Of a stretch of 64,000 bases of DNA, positions 63,321 to 64,000 are shown piece after piece; positions within the stretch are counted from its first letter, which is position 1; each line of letters begins with the position of its first letter. This stretch comes from a virus. Taxonomy: Duplodnaviria; Caudoviricetes. The DNA lies in IMG/VR virus record IMGVR_UViG_3300000439_000015, positions 1-64,000 of that record. The stretch is one strand, 5' to 3'. Position numbers and translations under genes: made by a program. Below the pieces are notes generated by a model. That model saw only the letters and a list, made by a program, of their open reading frames with translations. It made no database searches and was not told the DNA's origin.

Positions 63321-63719
63321 TTAGACAGTTGGAGTTGAGGCAGTCTGAACGTAGTTCTGCCCACCTACGCCCCACTGCTGATACTGCGAAGGCTTGTCGC
63401 TACTGGGATTTGGAAGAACCTTCTGTCCAGCAACGAGTGACCAACGGTTGTCAATCGGGCGAGAGCAGGTGGAACAGGTGCGTGACTGCGAAGAGGCAGC
63501 GAACTGACCCGTGATGGAGCCGTCGGCGTTGCGCTCAATCCAAGTGTCGGGAACCTTGATGGTATTGGAATGCCCCGACGCACACGTTGCAGTGAAAAGC
63601 AGGTTCTTAGCGTCAAAGGCGTTCAGTCCGCCCGTTGAGTGCTGGTTGCCACGAAAGACGTGGCCCTTCAAGTCGCCCTTTGTAATGGGGTACAAGAGTG
63701 CGTCGGTGCTGAAGTCCAT
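63321..63719 (-). CDS. GNQ-tag protein with Zn-ribbon payload
   Basis: MDFSTDALLYPITKGDLKGHVFRGNQH; CASGH...CSTC. Confidence 0.75.
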   Translation of the reverse strand: MDFSTDALLYPITKGDLKGHVFRGNQHSTGGLNAFDAKNLLFTATCASGHSNTIKVPDTWIERNADGSITGQFAASSQSRTCSTCSRPIDNRWSLVAGQKVLPNPSSDKPSQYQQWGVGGQNYVQTASTPTV

Positions 63720-63720
63720 G

Positions 63721-64000
63721 CTACGAGTTTACCGTAGGGTTTGCGAGTATCCCGATTTCGCACATGCAGTCGGGGTGAAATGGCGGCAGGTCTGCGTCGC
63801 TTGTGACGGGCAGTCCGTCTTGAGCCTGACACTCTGGGCAAGCGCCATCAGCAGCGATGATTTGCATCTGAGCGCCGTTGGCTTGGAGTGTGTTCCTTAC
63901 GCCGAGGTTGAATCCACGGTTCGCCTCTGTGTTGGCAATCATCATGGCTCGATGTTCGGCGGCTATTTCAGCAACCACTGCCGCCATAATCGCCGCTTTG
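63721..64000 (-). CDS. C-terminus of MuF / SPP1 gp7-like head morphogenesis protein (runs off window end)
   Basis: RAMMIANTEANRGFNLG...DGACPECQAQDG...PPFHPDCMC. Confidence 0.85.
   Translation of the reverse strand, partial: KAAIMAAVVAEIAAEHRAMMIANTEANRGFNLGVRNTLQANGAQMQIIAADGACPECQAQDGLPVTSDADLPPFHPDCMCEIGILANPTVNS

Noticed and set aside
1-64000. tRNA genes, integrase/att sites, IS elements
   Set aside because: No cloverleaf with a GTTCGA T-loop in intergenic space, no recombinase or transposase motifs, and no terminal inverted repeats were seen. Lifestyle cannot be called from this window.

Overview
64 kb of a tailed dsDNA phage genome, probably a long-tailed siphovirus of an actinobacterial host. 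The host guess rests on an Rpf-like transglycosylase, a DUF5047-type tail protein, an Rv2119-like RecB nuclease and many leaderless TANNNT promoters. Almost all genes are on the minus strand. Reading from the right end leftwards: the C-terminus of a MuF/gp7 head morphogenesis protein, a ~10 kb accessory island, scaffold, cement and capsid genes, fibre/collagen genes with a glycosyltransferase, APS kinase and sulfotransferase, neck genes, two tail-tube paralogues, a tail chaperone with a -1 frameshift, tape measure, two giant tail proteins, and lysis membrane genes. A short plus-strand early cassette lies at 8.3-10.5 kb, followed leftwards by replication/recombination genes. Three observations stand out. 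(1) Eight ORFs share a nine-copy peptide tag, [hydrophobic]-x-K|(GD/YE)xxGHxFxGNQ[YWFH], usually behind an FxTDxL leader and fused to unrelated payloads (two HipA/PI3K-like kinases, an ART-like domain, a Zn ribbon, His/Ala helical repeats). It looks like a protease-processed capsid-cargo addressing system. (2) A ~79 nt sRNA with its own promoter and terminator carries a loop seed that is perfectly complementary over 14 nt to the start codon of a 19-aa uORF coupled to the Rpf-like gene 1.9 kb away. (3) A ~330 nt highly structured ncRNA has its own early-type promoter and terminator. No integrase, tRNA, CRISPR array or reverse transcriptase was seen. All family assignments are from motif recognition by eye, not database searches.
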